The translations under genes were made by a program, and so were the position numbers. Positions 45,901-58,070 of a DNA stretch of 64,000 nucleotides are shown here, one piece after another. The notes beneath the pieces were generated by a model. The model was given only the letters and a program-made list of their open reading frames with translations, did not search any database and was not told the DNA's origin. Numbering within the stretch: the stretch's first letter is position 1; the number at the start of each line of letters is the position of its first letter. Location of the stretch: NCBI GenBank assembly GCA_907165135.1, contig OU015568.1, positions 6,882,001-6,946,000 on the forward strand, written 5' to 3'. Origin of the DNA: Oikopleura dioica (lineage: Eukaryota > Animalia > Chordata).

Positions 45901-48900
45901 CTTGAGCTCCGTAATTTCCGGAATTGAAATGTCGAAAATGTTTTTCGAGCCTCGAGGCTGATTTTTATCCGAAAAAATGATGATTCGAGCAAATCATAAA
46001 TCCTAAATCCATAAATCCATAAATCCTAAATCATAAATTTTGGATTAGAAAAGATGAGCCAATTTGCGCGCATGTCCGTATCCGGGAAAATCCACTCTCT
46101 TCTGGGCGGCATTAGCAACCATGCCTACCTGTTCTGCGGTCATCTCTAAGTAAAAAGCTCAGCCCGTCGAGATAGCTGGAAGCAGCACAAGAATTTGCGC
46201 CAAACATTTTCACAGGGCGAATTTAAACTTCTGAGCTGACCAAAGTTGGTTGCAAGTAAATAGGTTTTTCGATGTTTGTTCGACGAAAAATAATCGTGTT
46301 TGTTTCGTCTTCGCTAAATCCCTTTTTTGCCGAGATTCCAGAGCTTACAGAACTCGAAAGCCTGTGCTGAAACCCTTGTCAGAGTCTGACCGATCTCAAA
46401 TGAAAAGCCGCGCAGCGGCTTTTTTAAAAACGAAGCCGCGAAGCTTCGTTTCAAGTGCCAATTCAATCAATTTAAAACTCTGGCCAGTCAGAATCTAACT
46501 TACCTCGCAAAACCTGGAAGCTTTCAATGGAACAGCGAAAAAATCGCGCTACAATCTTTTAATCTCATAAAAATGCACGCGAGCTAGCATTAACATATAA
46601 CTTTAAATTGCAAGTCACGAAGAGTTGCTTATCACCGACTTATCCCCGAGCAGAGAAAAAAAGGGTGACACGTTTAGCACGACATGAATTTCTGGTACTT
46701 GATTTATTCGCCAGCATGACAAAATTGCCATTTAAAAAAAGAGTCGCCCGAAAAAGTTGACTTAGCAAGATTTGAAGATACAGTAGGAGCACTAGAATTC
46801 CTTTTTTCGTCTAAATTTTTGGAATAAATGGAACGCGGCGAAAGAGAGGTGACGAGATAAATATTTGAAATCAATTCTATCCCGGCGCCAAGTGACCACG
46901 TATTATGTTCAACCCCTTGGCCGACTCGATTATTGTCAAGCTGCGTTTTGTTTACAGTTGAGTAATAAGGTTCGGCTTCTTCCTAATTCGAATTTGTTGT
47001 TTTTGCTTTCTAGCAAATGAAAATTACATTAATTTTATTCTTGCAATGTCAAGCAAGCTCAAAACAACGCCACTTTATCTTCGTAAAAACCTGACTCAGG
47101 ATCCAAAAGATCTTCAATAAAAACTCAGGTTTTCCACACAGGTTCCACACAGAAAGATGTTCAAATTTACGAGTTCTTCGTAACATACAGTCTTAGATGA
47201 TCTCGGTATTTTTATCCACACATCGCTAAAAACTCGCAAAATTAAATAAACCGAAAAGCGGATGTTTTAAAGGTGGGGTGTAACGAGCCAACGAGGAGCT
47301 CGAAAAACGCGTTGAGCTAATTGATGATGAGCAAGATTCGCCCGGATTTTGAAAATGAGAGCGGCTACGTACGACCAAATAGCTAGGCTTACCGGACTAA
47401 ATTTCGACTCATTTTTCTAGCTTGATTCACTGGTCATGTGACACAAATAAAGAAAGCCTAGAACCAGGGCTTTCATTTGAGCACCATATCGAGGGGTCTG
47501 GGTCATATCCGCAAGGCAATTTATGGGACCTGAAGTTCCAAAATGGGCACTAGAATTCTTTAGAAGAATTTTTCGATGCCGGGCCGGCCTTCTCGGAAGT
47601 CGAGAGTCAGTTATTTAGAAAGCTCAGGCTCTGAGCTTTCAGTAGAGCCCAAGAAATCTTAGTGCATGGCGGTTTGTGGCCTTCAGCGAGCGCTTGACGT
47701 CTTGTTTTTGCTGTGAAATTTCACTGAAATGGATGACTTTCTCCCAAAAAATGGCCAAAATAGGAAGTAAATTGACAATTAAACTGATCGCTGATGGCCA
47801 AAAATTGCCATGCACTAAGATTTCTTGGGCTCTACTGAAAGCTCAGAGCCTGAGCTTTCTAAATAACTGACTCTCGACTTCCGAGAAGGCCGGCCCGGCA
47901 TCGAAAAATTCTTCTAAAGAATTCTAGTGCACATTTCGGAACTTCAGGTCCCATAAATTGCCTTGCGGGTATGACCCAGACCCCTCGATATGGTGCTCAA
48001 ATGAAAGCCCTGGTTCTAGGCTTTCTTTATTTGTGTCACATGACCACTGAATCAAGCTAGAAAAATGAGTCGAAATTCAGTCCGGTAAGCCTACAAATAG
48101 CCCCACTGGCAATTAAAAACTTGAAGAGGAGAATTGTCTTTTGAATGAATTGGTACTTTAAATGCCTAAATCTAAAATTCTAGCGAAAGAATCAAAAAAC
48201 TGACTTGAAAAGGGCAAAAAGGTTAAATCAGCGCGCGCCACCCCTCGCTGGCCAAGGTCGCGCAAATCACTTTTATTTATGCGGCGCTGGAATTTAGAAA
48301 TTGAATTTTTTCATCACTACCGCAGTGATTTATTTTCAAATTCCAAGGTTCCATTTTCGCGACTCTTTTTCTTCTTGCAACAAGTGGCAAAAATGTGAAA
48401 TGAGTGTATTTTCGATTCGAGTAAAAATACCTGGCTTTTTCGGTAAATTCAATTAAGGGTGTCAACATCGAAAATAGTTTTCCGTTTTTCTTTTAATTGA
48501 TCGAAGATCCATTTAATCCAAGACGCGCCTAGTAGGATCAAAATAGTAGGATGCAAATGCCAAATTTTCCGGGTGACGGTTATGTGCTCATTATTGGCGC
48601 TGATTTTCCGCGATTCTGTTCACCGAAAAACCTCAGCTGTCATCTCTCGATGTGAAACTCGTCGCCGTTCCAGCACTGGTTCCTAATTTCGCGAAATCTA
48701 CCGAGCCAAGCCGCGAAAAGATCATGCGCAAAATTGATAAAAAAAGCAGGCAAAACGACTTATTTTTTAGAGTCTTTTTAGATTTGCAAATTAATGGCCT
48801 TCTACTTATTTGTTTGAAACGTTTGTTGGAACTCAGGCTGCTATCTAACGAGTGACTTTGTTTGTGGCCTTTGTGACCCGCATCTGTGTTACGTTTTGTA

Positions 48901-51900
48901 ATCTGGTTTCTCGATTTAGAAACTGTCACTCTCGCCGCCTGGCTACTTTGCATAAGTCGCGCTTTCTCTACACGCTGCTCTATAGAAAAATTCTCTATTC
49001 CGTCTTAGTCCGAGATTAAGAAAAATCAACAAATTTTCTCCGGTCAGGGATTTTCATGAGTTTTCACGATTTTCATGAGTTTTCACGATTTTCATGAGTT
49101 TTCATGAGTTTTTCTTTGAGAAATGAAGGGTTGCTTGAGTTCGAAGTTTATCAACTTCAATCGCTTGTTAAAAAGACGGACACGGCGTTATGTCTTAAAC
49201 TGTCTAAAACAAACTTTCCGCAATTACAAGTTCCTTTTACAAGTCCTGCACGTTTTCTTCTCCTTCTTGGTCGTTATTTGTGTTGAGACGGATAAAGTGG
49301 GAATAGTCGGGGCTGCACCCTTAAAATCCGGCTTGGCGCGCCTCGGCTCAGCTGCGCGGCGAAATTCAGCTGAATCGTTGATTCGGCCGGCGAAGAATCA
49401 AATACAAATCTGGCGCTTTAGAGGGACGCCTGGCTAAGCCCGGACACGTTGTAACTTGACCCTAATATTATCAAGCCAGGACAAACACGTTATCTCATTC
49501 TACGCCGGCTTTCCGATGATATAACACTCTCCCCTTTCATCCCCTTCTCGCTAGAAACAGAACAGTCTAACTAAAGTTTACAAAAACAAGCCTTTTGCGA
49601 TCTGTCTTCGTCCTTGCGCAAATGCGCGCGTTTTCTTGCGCCAAAAAGCTTGAAGGGTTGAAAAATTTGTGAAAATTAATGAAGACAAATTGAAGCCGCC
49701 CGGCCAGATCAGAGGCGCACTTCTAAAAACTGCTTGAGGTGCTTGATCGTCATATCCGACGCGACAATCGCCACGGTTCCGCTAAATTCAAACTCAAGCC
49801 ACGAGACCGTTTTTTAATACCGCCGTGAAAGTAATTTCGAGCCACGTTTTACACTTCCGATTTTCGACCGAGAAAAAGTATGATTGATGCCGAAAACTCA
49901 ACAATTCATTATCGTACATTCTACACTACACCTGTGTAGAAAACCTGAGTCAGGATCGAAAAATGCTTTGATGAAAGCCGCGTAGCGGCTTTTAAATACG
50001 AAGCCGCTTCGCCAAAGTCTGAAAATAGATTCAAATGGTACTTTGGCAAGCCGCTTCGCGGCTTCGTATTTTAAAAAGCCGCTACGCGGCTTTTCATCAA
50101 AGCATTTTCCGATCCTGACTCAGGTTTTCTACAAATTTGACAGCTTTTTCTTGGAGAAAAAGCATGAGAACGATAGAAACTCTTGAATTTTGAATCTTCG
50201 AATATCTTGAACTTCTAGCACTTGGAATCTATCTATGACTGCGCTACAAATCGAATCAGCAGAAAGTTGCGCATTCGGTTAGCAGCAGAGTGATTCAATG
50301 ATGCGCAGATGGATGCATGCAGCGATGTAGGGCAGCGCAACTCTTTGCTAACTTGATTTGCGTGAATCACCTCGCCCGTGTTTTTATATACGAATGTTTC
50401 TCTCATTTTTATCTTCTTTTTTAGACTTCCTGAAATGGAAAGCTGTGATCAGTGGCTGGCCTGCGACGACATAGAAGAAAGGATCGTCGTGACGCATACC
50501 AATCTTGGAAATGGACTTGGAAAAAGCTTCTCCAAAGCTACACTTGACGGCGTGCCAGGTAAAGAAATTGACTCAACATCAAGTTTTTGCAATTGTTACA
50601 AGCAAAAATGCGAAAAATGCTCTGAGCAATGGATTAGTTCTATGAATGAGCACAATGTAGCGCATGCCAAGGCGCAATTAGTGGTCAGAAGACGCCGCTT
50701 TTGGGCGCATACCGGAGATTCCGCATTTTTGAAATCCAGAAAATATTTTTATGGCTTTACAAATAAATATTTTCAGGGAGCCATAAAATTGTTTCGAAGT
50801 ATAGTTTTATATAATTTGAAAGAATAACTACATTGAAGAACATTAATAAGGAATGCCATTGTTGTACTTATAAATAGAATATTTAAATCTCCATCATAAA
50901 AATCCTCCACTTAGTCGCCTTCATCCGAACCCGCGAAGACAAGCTAACATCTGAAAAGATCGTCAATCGCGTTCGTCTTGGATTCGAAAATTTGAAAATG
51001 CTGCAGCCCCATCCGCGCATTACCCAACTCATCGGATACTGCCTCGCTGGAAACACGACCGTCATGATCACTGAGCTCGGACAGTACGGCGATCTCCGCC
51101 AGTTCTTGCTCAGCTCAGAATACAAAGAGTTTACGCTCTTGCAGCGTTTCGACACTGCTCTACAGGTAATTTACGGGATCAAAATTGCTCTGAAACACTA
51201 TTTTCCTCTTTTATTCATAATTTTTGACGTCAAAAAGCTCAAAAATCCGCTCTAGAATAAATTAGGAGTTGCTCTTTTTCCCTCTTTTTCGATGATCTCA
51301 CACCTCCCTACTAAAAATTCACGTGGAGTAATCGGTATGGCTCGGTGGCGGGTTTGAATTTGAATTTTCACGCGGTATATGGAGGCAAAAACTTGCTGGA
51401 ACAAAGGGGACGTGGCGGCACCGCAACCACCTGCGCCGCATTTGATTTTTTACGGGAAAGCGCTGATAGCTTCTCCGTTATCAACCGCCGCCCTGCCCCA
51501 ACGTACTTGGTCTCGTTTTTTAAACACTTCTTTTTCTTACAGTACATTTTCAGGTTGTCGAAGCGCTCGAATACGTCCACGAATCTCCCGGTGGAAGCCG
51601 CATCAACTGCGACATGAACACCGTCGGCCAGGCCCTGGCCCAGTTCATCGTCCTCAGCGACTTCCGAGTCGTCCTCAACGACGTCGACGACCTGCCAGCC
51701 GGTGACTCGAAGACAAACCAAAAATCGCAATGCGTTGTTGGTCGATCGAACATTAATGCCACAGCGGGTAAGTCGTTATATAAGAAAACGCGCGGTCTAA
51801 CCGCACGATCGACTCGTAGAAATGTTGTAAATATGTTATTGTATCACAATTCTTACGTTACGTCTAAATAATTTCAAATCCAAAATTTGAATTCTGTAAA

Positions 51901-53842
51901 AATTTTTCAAAAATTTTTTTCAATTTTTAATATAAATTTTTAAAAGAATTTAAAAAATTTTTTTAATATAAATTTTTAATATAAATTTTTAAAGAATTTT
52001 TTAAAAATTTTTAATATAATTTTTTAAAAATTTTTGAAAAAAGACCTTTTTTAATTTCGATTATGAATAATTGCTTCTTTTCAAGATCACTCCTTCGAAG
52101 CTCCTGAGCGACGCTGGCCGTGGCCCGGCAAGTTGCCGAAGCAGATCGATCCCGCCGAGTTGCGCGCTGTACTCAAAGGGAAAGTGGAAGACTACACCGG
52201 AAACATCGAACTAAAGAAAGGCTCTCAGAAGTGAAACACTAGCGCACGTGCTTAGCTCGGGTGAACAGCGTGAGCCAGCTCTAATTTTAGAATCTCTTGA
52301 ATGTCACTCGCCGTAGCCATAACATGTTAACAGTCTTTAGGCTTTTTCTCTTTCTTTTTCCGGGAGACGGAAATGAGAAAAAGAAAAGTCCAAAAACAAG
52401 CTGATTTTTTCAAATAGCCTAATAAACCTGAGTGGAAATCCTGAGCCAGGGTTCGAAATAACTTTGACGAAAAGCCGCGTAGCGGCTTTTATGAAGAAAG
52501 CCGCAAAGCGGCTTCGCCAGAAGTTTTCAATTTGATAAAAGGAATTTCTGAGGAAGGCGCTCCGCGGCTTGATTTAAAAACCGCTTTTCTCTAGGGCTTT
52601 TGAATACCCTGACTAAGGTTTCCAGAAATTTGTATTTGAAAATTTTTTGTAACTTTATTCATCTGATAACCAAAAATAGTCACCCCCTGTCGACGAAAAA
52701 TCCGACGTGTGGAAGATCCCATTTTTGGTGGAGAAAGTGCTCACTTCTGGCATCAACGTCGAGAGCCGCCTTGGAAAAAGAGTCCTCTCACTCGTTGCCC
52801 GCCTGAAGCCCCTGCTTGAAGACTGCTTAGAAGAGGTAAACTAAGCTTGTGTAACTCGCGGACTGACTGGTCATATTCAATCGGCGCGCTAATTAATCTC
52901 CTAAATGACCACTTAACCCCGGGATTGACCGAGAAGAGCGTTTAACTCGCAAGTCACGTTGAAGAAAAGAATCGACCACTTATCAAATACGGGATCATTT
53001 TTACTAAATAAAACAAATTTTGAAATTTTAGAGAACCTGACTGAGGATTAAAAAAGGTTCAATATAAAAGCCGCGCAGCGGCTTCGCTAGAATTTTTGAA
53101 TACACTCAAATAATCACTTGGCGAAGCCGCTTCGCGGCTTTTATTGTGAAAGCCGCTGCGCGGCTTTTATATTGAACCTTTTTTAATCCTCAGTCAGGTT
53201 TTCTACACAGGTTTTCGAGAACATTTTTATAAAAGATCAAATAATTGGCGAGCAAGTTTTTTCTCAGCACCTTTTTTAGTGACTCGAATTCGTTAAATTA
53301 GCGATCACGTTAAATGTGTACCTAATAAGCCGTCTGAAAATTAGAACATGGCTCGGCTCGTTTTTCTGACTCGCGAAATTCTGATTAGCAATAATCTCGC
53401 ATGCAAATAATTCTAAAAGAGGAAAAGGAAAAGGCACCGCATCGGGTACGTGGTGCTGCGGCTTTACGGTGGTGTCACGGTGTTCGTTTGCCCGGACGGA
53501 AATGTATTTGCGGAGAGGAGCACTCAGCCGACTGCCAAAAGCGTGTCCTAATTCGCTAGTTTTCTAAAGTATTTTCGGCCAGACAAGACAATATGAGCAA
53601 ATTGAGATTTAGGTCAAAAGAAAGTACGAACTTTTACACATTTTTCTTTCACACTTTTTAACGTGGCGACACCCTTATTTTCTCTGACAAACGAAAAGAA
53701 GCCTTCTCTCCTTTTTTTGACTATTTTATTTGCTGATTTTCTTCATCTTTTTCTTCAGAAGCCGGAAAATAGACCAACGGCGAAGACAGTCGTCAGCAGA
53801 TTGCAAAGGATGACAAGGCGCATCGAGGAACTTGGCTGGTAA
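42958..53842 (+). CDS. POMK: Protein O-mannose kinase (SGK196)-like gene, 5'-partial; exons ~42958-43085, 50425-50553, ~50900-51165, 51554-51767, 52086-52230, 52680-52835, 53758-53842
   Basis: Spliced CPLGYYR|LPEMESCDQWLACDDI, LGNGLGK, ITQLIGYC, YVHESPGGSRINCDMN...LAQF...LNDVDDLP, FEAPERRWPW, PPVDEKSDVWKIP, ENRPTAK. These match recalled POMK motifs; phases of the junctions checked are consistent. The TM exon was not located. Confidence 0.9.
43369..43594. mobile_element. MITE family A, near full-length copy
   Basis: gctcggcaacctgagtcagag..aaaagccgcgtagcggctt..mirror..ccctgactcaggctttctacaaaggttgccaagc. Confidence 0.92.
45992..46040. repeat. Degenerate 7-8-bp microsatellite (aaatccat/aaatcct)
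   Basis: aaatcataaatcctaaatccataaatccataaatcctaaatcataaattt. Confidence 0.8.
46345..46450. mobile_element. MITE family A, degenerate left half
   Basis: aagcctgtgctgaaacccttgtcagag..aaaagccgcgcagcggcttttttaaaaacgaagccgcgaag. Confidence 0.7.
47088..47150. mobile_element. MITE family A, right-arm fragments
   Basis: cctgactcagg..actcaggttttccacacaggttcc. Confidence 0.65.
47386..48091. mobile_element. 706-bp foldback element with ~305-bp near-identical TIRs and TA flanks
   Basis: TA|GGCTTACCGGACT...AGTCCGGTAAGCC|TA. Arms match over ~300 bp with few mismatches, around a ~100-bp spacer. Confidence 0.95.
49050..49112. repeat. 19-bp tandem repeat (gattttcatgagttttcac) x3 plus partial
   Basis: Read directly from the sequence. 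Confidence 0.9.
49930..50135. mobile_element. MITE family A copy
   Basis: acctgtgtagaaaacctgagtcaggatcgaaaaatgctttgatgaaagccgc / gcggcttttcatcaaagcattttccgatcctgactcaggttttctac. Confidence 0.92.
51880..52050. repeat. Almost pure A/T low-complexity tract with internal duplications, in a POMK intron
   Basis: Repeated tttttaatataaatttttaaa(a)gaattt units. Confidence 0.85.
52425..52625. mobile_element. MITE family A, diverged copy
   Basis: aacctgagtggaaatcctgagccaggg..aagccgc cores..ccctgactaaggtttcc. Confidence 0.8.
53030..53215. mobile_element. MITE family A copy
   Basis: gaacctgactgaggattaaaaaaggttcaatataaaagccgcgcagcggctt / aagccgctgcgcggcttttatattgaaccttttttaatcctcagtcaggtt. Confidence 0.9.
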
Positions 53843-53974
53843 TGGAAAGAATCAACTTCAACTTCAACAAAAGTTCCTCGTGCCAAATGCCTGTTCTTCA
53901 TGCAGTGAAAAGGATTCGGGTCGATATTGAATGAATCAGAATTCGGCCAAAATTTTGGGGGACGTCTTTTGTCT

Positions 53975-54110
53975 CAGGAACCGACAAAAATTTCGACAAG
54001 TTTTGCGTGGTAATTTTCAACCAATCAGAAGGCTGGATTCGGCTAATCGGCCAATCAGCAGCCGAATAGCCGCCCACGCAAAATTTGTTGAATTTTTTGT
54101 CGGTTTCTGA
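53975..54110. mobile_element. CCAAT-box-bearing TIR element (family C)
   Basis: tcaggaaccgacaaaaatttcgacaagttttgcgtgg ... ccacgcaaaatttgttgaattttttgtcggtttctga; carries caaccaatcag and ggccaatcag. Confidence 0.85.
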
Positions 54111-55886
54111 CGCCATCCCAAATTTTGGTCCGAAATTCACCTTCATTTGACCACTTTTCGACCCCACTGAAAGCCCAAGTACCCAAAAAAGAAAGTCAAA
54201 AACACACAAAAAGACAGACCCCCACTTTGAAAACCCCGAACCCTTGAAATTTCGATCGCTCACGCGCCCCACAACAGAGTTTGAAATGCTCGTAATTTTT
54301 GTAAATAGAAATTTGCGGATTCCAAATCCAGGTCTTTTGCCTTTTAAATATTTGCCAAAAGCTCTTGCTCGTGAATGGGTCCATTTTATCTTCAATCGGC
54401 CTTTTAACGTATCTTTGAGTATAATTTCAGACTTGCCATTCACGACCCGAAAGAGGGTTGAACCCTTTTGAGAAAAATTTTGTAACACTGTAACTATCTC
54501 TCGAAAAAGGCCGAATCCGTTTCACCCTTTTCACCTCCACAAGCTTCAAGTACCCCAGTTTTCTACTCTGCGGGTAGGACTCATTTTTAACGGCTCCCTC
54601 CCTTAAGGGAGCCTTGTAAATACCTTCATACCTTCTTTTGATTGGTGCATAATCACAAAAAGCGAAAACCCTTAACTTGTAAATTTTTTCTTTTAAAAAT
54701 ATTTAGAGCAAGAGGCTTGAAAAAGCCCAAGCTAAAAACAAACTTTCTTATCTTTTTTCCTTCATTTCCAAAAATTCAAAACAAAATTTGCCAAAACGAA
54801 AGTTCCAAATGAAGTGCCAAACACTGACGTCTGGAGGCAATCTGTTCTGTATTGCTACAGTATGTAAGTAAAAACTCGTGAACGATAGGATCCACGAGAG
54901 GAAAAAACCAACGAATACGAACAAGTATTTATATACGAAGAATCAAAGCTTGCTTCTTTTGCAAAAAGAAAGTTGCTTTTTATAAGACTGTTCATCGAAT
55001 AAACTTATTCAATTTCTTGCCTATATTCAAAAAACAAAAAACTGTCTCTTTTATTAATTATTTGCATATTCAGGGAAATTCGCAATAAGTCGCATAATTC
55101 GATTTTTTTCTGAAATCTGATTGGCTATCTGGTCGAAATCGGGCATCTAATTGGTCCAAAATTGACCAAAATTTTGTCGATTTTTTGTAGACTCGCCACT
55201 TATTCATCTTACTTTTGAAAGCTTTTGGTTTTTTGACCGACTGATGAAGACGAAATTGTAGCCTTGAGAAATTCTGAGGTGATAACAAATCGACCGCCAA
55301 GTAATTCATAATTTTCAACCGAGTCAAGTTTCTCACATGAGCCAAAGCTGCATCCGTAGAAAACAAAATATGATAGATTATGGTAGGTTAGCCAAAACCT
55401 TCGTGAATAAAGTCCTAGCTCTCACCAGCTGTCCTATTTTGAATATTCAAAAAAGGAAGCGAAAAATTATTCAACGTGAAAATTCCCCGGCTTTATTGCT
55501 CATTTCCTGTCCTAATTCCTCGGCAAGAGTCTTCCTGAGTGCTGACTTTTGCACGAGCAAAATCAAATTTACTGACCTTGTCAGGCTTGCAGCCTCAGCC
55601 CTCGGTGATTTTGTGATTGGGGTCACGCCCCGTGAATTAACTTTCTAAATTGATTGACTGATGTGAAGAGAGATAGAGTTACCTCCTCAAAATACAGTCC
55701 TGAATACAGTTGTTTTAGTGTCTCAAAACAAACACAAAGGATTTAACGTAGCCGAGGATTCGCTAAATGAGACGCGCTGCGATGCACAGAAGGTACAATC
55801 ACCCGATTCTAGAGCCAGTTATTTAAGGCTTTTCGAATTCTAAGTTGAGCGAGAGAGTTCACTTGAAATACCTTTTGCACGTTTAA

Positions 55887-56081
55887 GATGGTAGATGTCA
55901 AGAATCGCGATTTGGCTGCAGGTTTTCTCCAAAAATTTTACATAGTGACACCCTTATTTTTGGACTCCATAGGAAAAAGATAGTTGTCTGAAATAAAGTT
56001 TGAGCAAAAAATAAGGGGTTACTATGTTAAAAATTGGAAGAAAAGAGACTGCAAGGAAATCCGATTCTTGACATCTACCCC
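55887..56081. mobile_element. 195-bp TTAA-flanked TIR element (second Kolobok-like family)
   Basis: TTAA|gatggtagatgtcaagaatcg..acatagtgacacccttattttt / aaaaataaggggttactatgt..cgattcttgacatctacccc|TTAA. Confidence 0.85.
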
Positions 56082-56964
56082 TTAAATACCAGTTGTTTTC
56101 AGGGCGTCGAAAAAACGAAGCGAAAAATCCAGATCTTTTGAATACAAACAGATCTTCTTGTGATTTCCTATCCCTAAAAAGAGACCGTCTTTAATCTTCT
56201 TTAATCGAAATCAAAATAATCAAAACGACGATTGTTTACTTTACAATCTGCTACTTTCCCAATCTTTCCCAGCAATCTGGGTTTATCAAATTATCTTGTT
56301 TTTGGCGACGTAATTAGGCACTCGTCTTTTAGATCGAATTATGGCAACAGGCCGAGGCCCGGAACAAGCATTGTGGAGCAAAGCAAACATGGATTAAGCC
56401 AGTAGTAAGCTGCTGCATATCGGGCGAGATTTATTTTCATATCGGTTGCGTTTCAAACTGTCCAGTCTCGCACGTCTCCAACTAGGATTCGACACATGCT
56501 AGAAAAATAAATAAAATAATGCGTTCAATCCGATCATAAATCGTCCCATTTATCTTCTTGTCTTAGTGGTTAGATATTATTGGTCCGGCTTATTGTGTCG
56601 AGAAAAGTTTTGTTAGCACTTGCGTTCTCGTTTAAAAAAAACAAAAAATACGAAAGATTTTAATAGATAGAACAGTTGTTTTTTATTTGTCAGTGAACTT
56701 CTTTTATAAAAAAGGGGGAAAAGGTTTGCGACATCTCTTTATTTTCTCAATCAATTTCTAATATCAACTAACTAAGTTAGAAATAGTTTCATTTTTCCGT
56801 ATGCTTCCAAACACCAAGTCTTATTTTAAAGTCAAATATCAGCTGACTACTGAACAACTGATTTTACTTAGCGTACTAAATGGCCACCTGATAAAAAGTG
56901 ATTAAAACGCAACAGCACTAGAAGTGTCAGTAAAATCACGCCGAGAAAATAAGATCCCGAACCT

Positions 56965-57005
56965 GAGCTAGGCTCGGCAACCTGTGTAGAAATCCTGAGT
57001 CAGGG
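56965..57005. mobile_element. MITE family A, solo left end
   Basis: ctgagctaggctcggcaacctgtgtagaaatcctgagtcaggg with no matching right arm nearby. Confidence 0.75.
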
Positions 57006-57149
57006 ATCAGACCGCAGGGAACGAGTTCGCAAAGGAACTATTTTCGCGAAGCTACTTTTTGAGGAAAACTCAAACTCACATTGGAATTGGAAATATACGA
57101 TTATTCTTTGAATTCTCGTGATTCCGTTCGTTGGAAATTGAAATGCACA

Positions 57150-58070
57150 GTTGAATCGGGATCGTGTCCTTTTCGTGAATGAAGCGGGGAAAGCTAATCG
57201 CCGATCGAAGAGAAGGAGCGAAGTCAAACACGATCCGGCGGCTTGGCAATCTTCAAATCGGCAGGTCACTTACTTAGCGCACGTTGTTGGCTCAACCCTC
57301 GAAGAATCCTCCTCAGTGTCTGGCGCGCCGCCCCGCGATGTTCTGAGAGTTGTTTTTTTCGTGTTGCTTGGAAAGGGAGTTCTAGCGCTTATTAAAAAAT
57401 AATGGCGAGCAAGACTTGTTTGTTGTTGTAAATTATAGAAGGTATTTTGAATCTCTCGATAATTCAGTTGGAACACGTTTAGAGAATTATTCGCGAGGGC
57501 GGACGTCGTTACGACTAAATACATCCTATTATCATCAACTCATGAGAATAAGCTTTTTCAGGCCCTGAAATTTCGGTTGAAAAGACCATTATCGCATCCA
57601 GAAATTTTAAATTACTACCTCTAAAAGGTCTAAAAGCGCTTAAATGAGGAGGGGTATTTATTGGAAACCTGTAAAGAAAACCTGAGTCAGGATTGTGAAA
57701 GGACCCTGACTCAGGTTTCTACACAGGTTTCTCCATGAAACTGAATATTTATGACACTCTTTTTGTAGTTCAGTTGTTTTTGTAGATGATGATCGATTAA
57801 TTCTCTGCGTCTCAAAAAGCGTTTGAGTTACCAAAAGAGTAAACAGACGCAAAAAGCTGGGCCCCACAAAGTCCCAACGTGCAGGTGATTTGCGACACGC
57901 AAATGAGCAGTAAGCGCCTTGAATAGAAGAAAAGACAAGTTCCGTGAAGACGGCATTTTCTCCCGGAACGTCATTTGCCGAGTATTGCGTTTCATCTGCG
58001 TTATTGCTGCTGATCATCTTCGAGCGCGAACAGGAGCTAAGCCAGGAAGCGTCGTGGTGCTAGAATAACT
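57150..58070. other. Cluster of GC-richer exon-like segments of unresolved gene and strand
   Basis: Open frames on both strands (57270-57524 minus ending at a GTAAGT donor; 57658-58017 minus; plus-strand alternatives). No motif recognised. Confidence 0.25.
57662..57735. mobile_element. MITE family A, internally deleted copy
   Basis: ggaaacctgtaaagaaaacctgagtcagg..ccctgactcaggtttctacacaggtttctcc. Confidence 0.85.

Noticed and set aside
49123-49437. ORF with a hydrophobic stretch as the POMK N-terminal TM exon
   Set aside because: It lies downstream of the exon carrying the CPLGYY motif, so the order is wrong, and its donor phase does not fit.
53898-54488. 196-aa minus-strand ORF
   Set aside because: It begins at TTG, runs through a TIR element and encodes no recognisable domain; probably a chance ORF.
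54592-54613. ggctccctcccTTAAgggagcc hairpin as a Kolobok junction or footprint
   Set aside because: It is too short, and no extended TIR partner was found.
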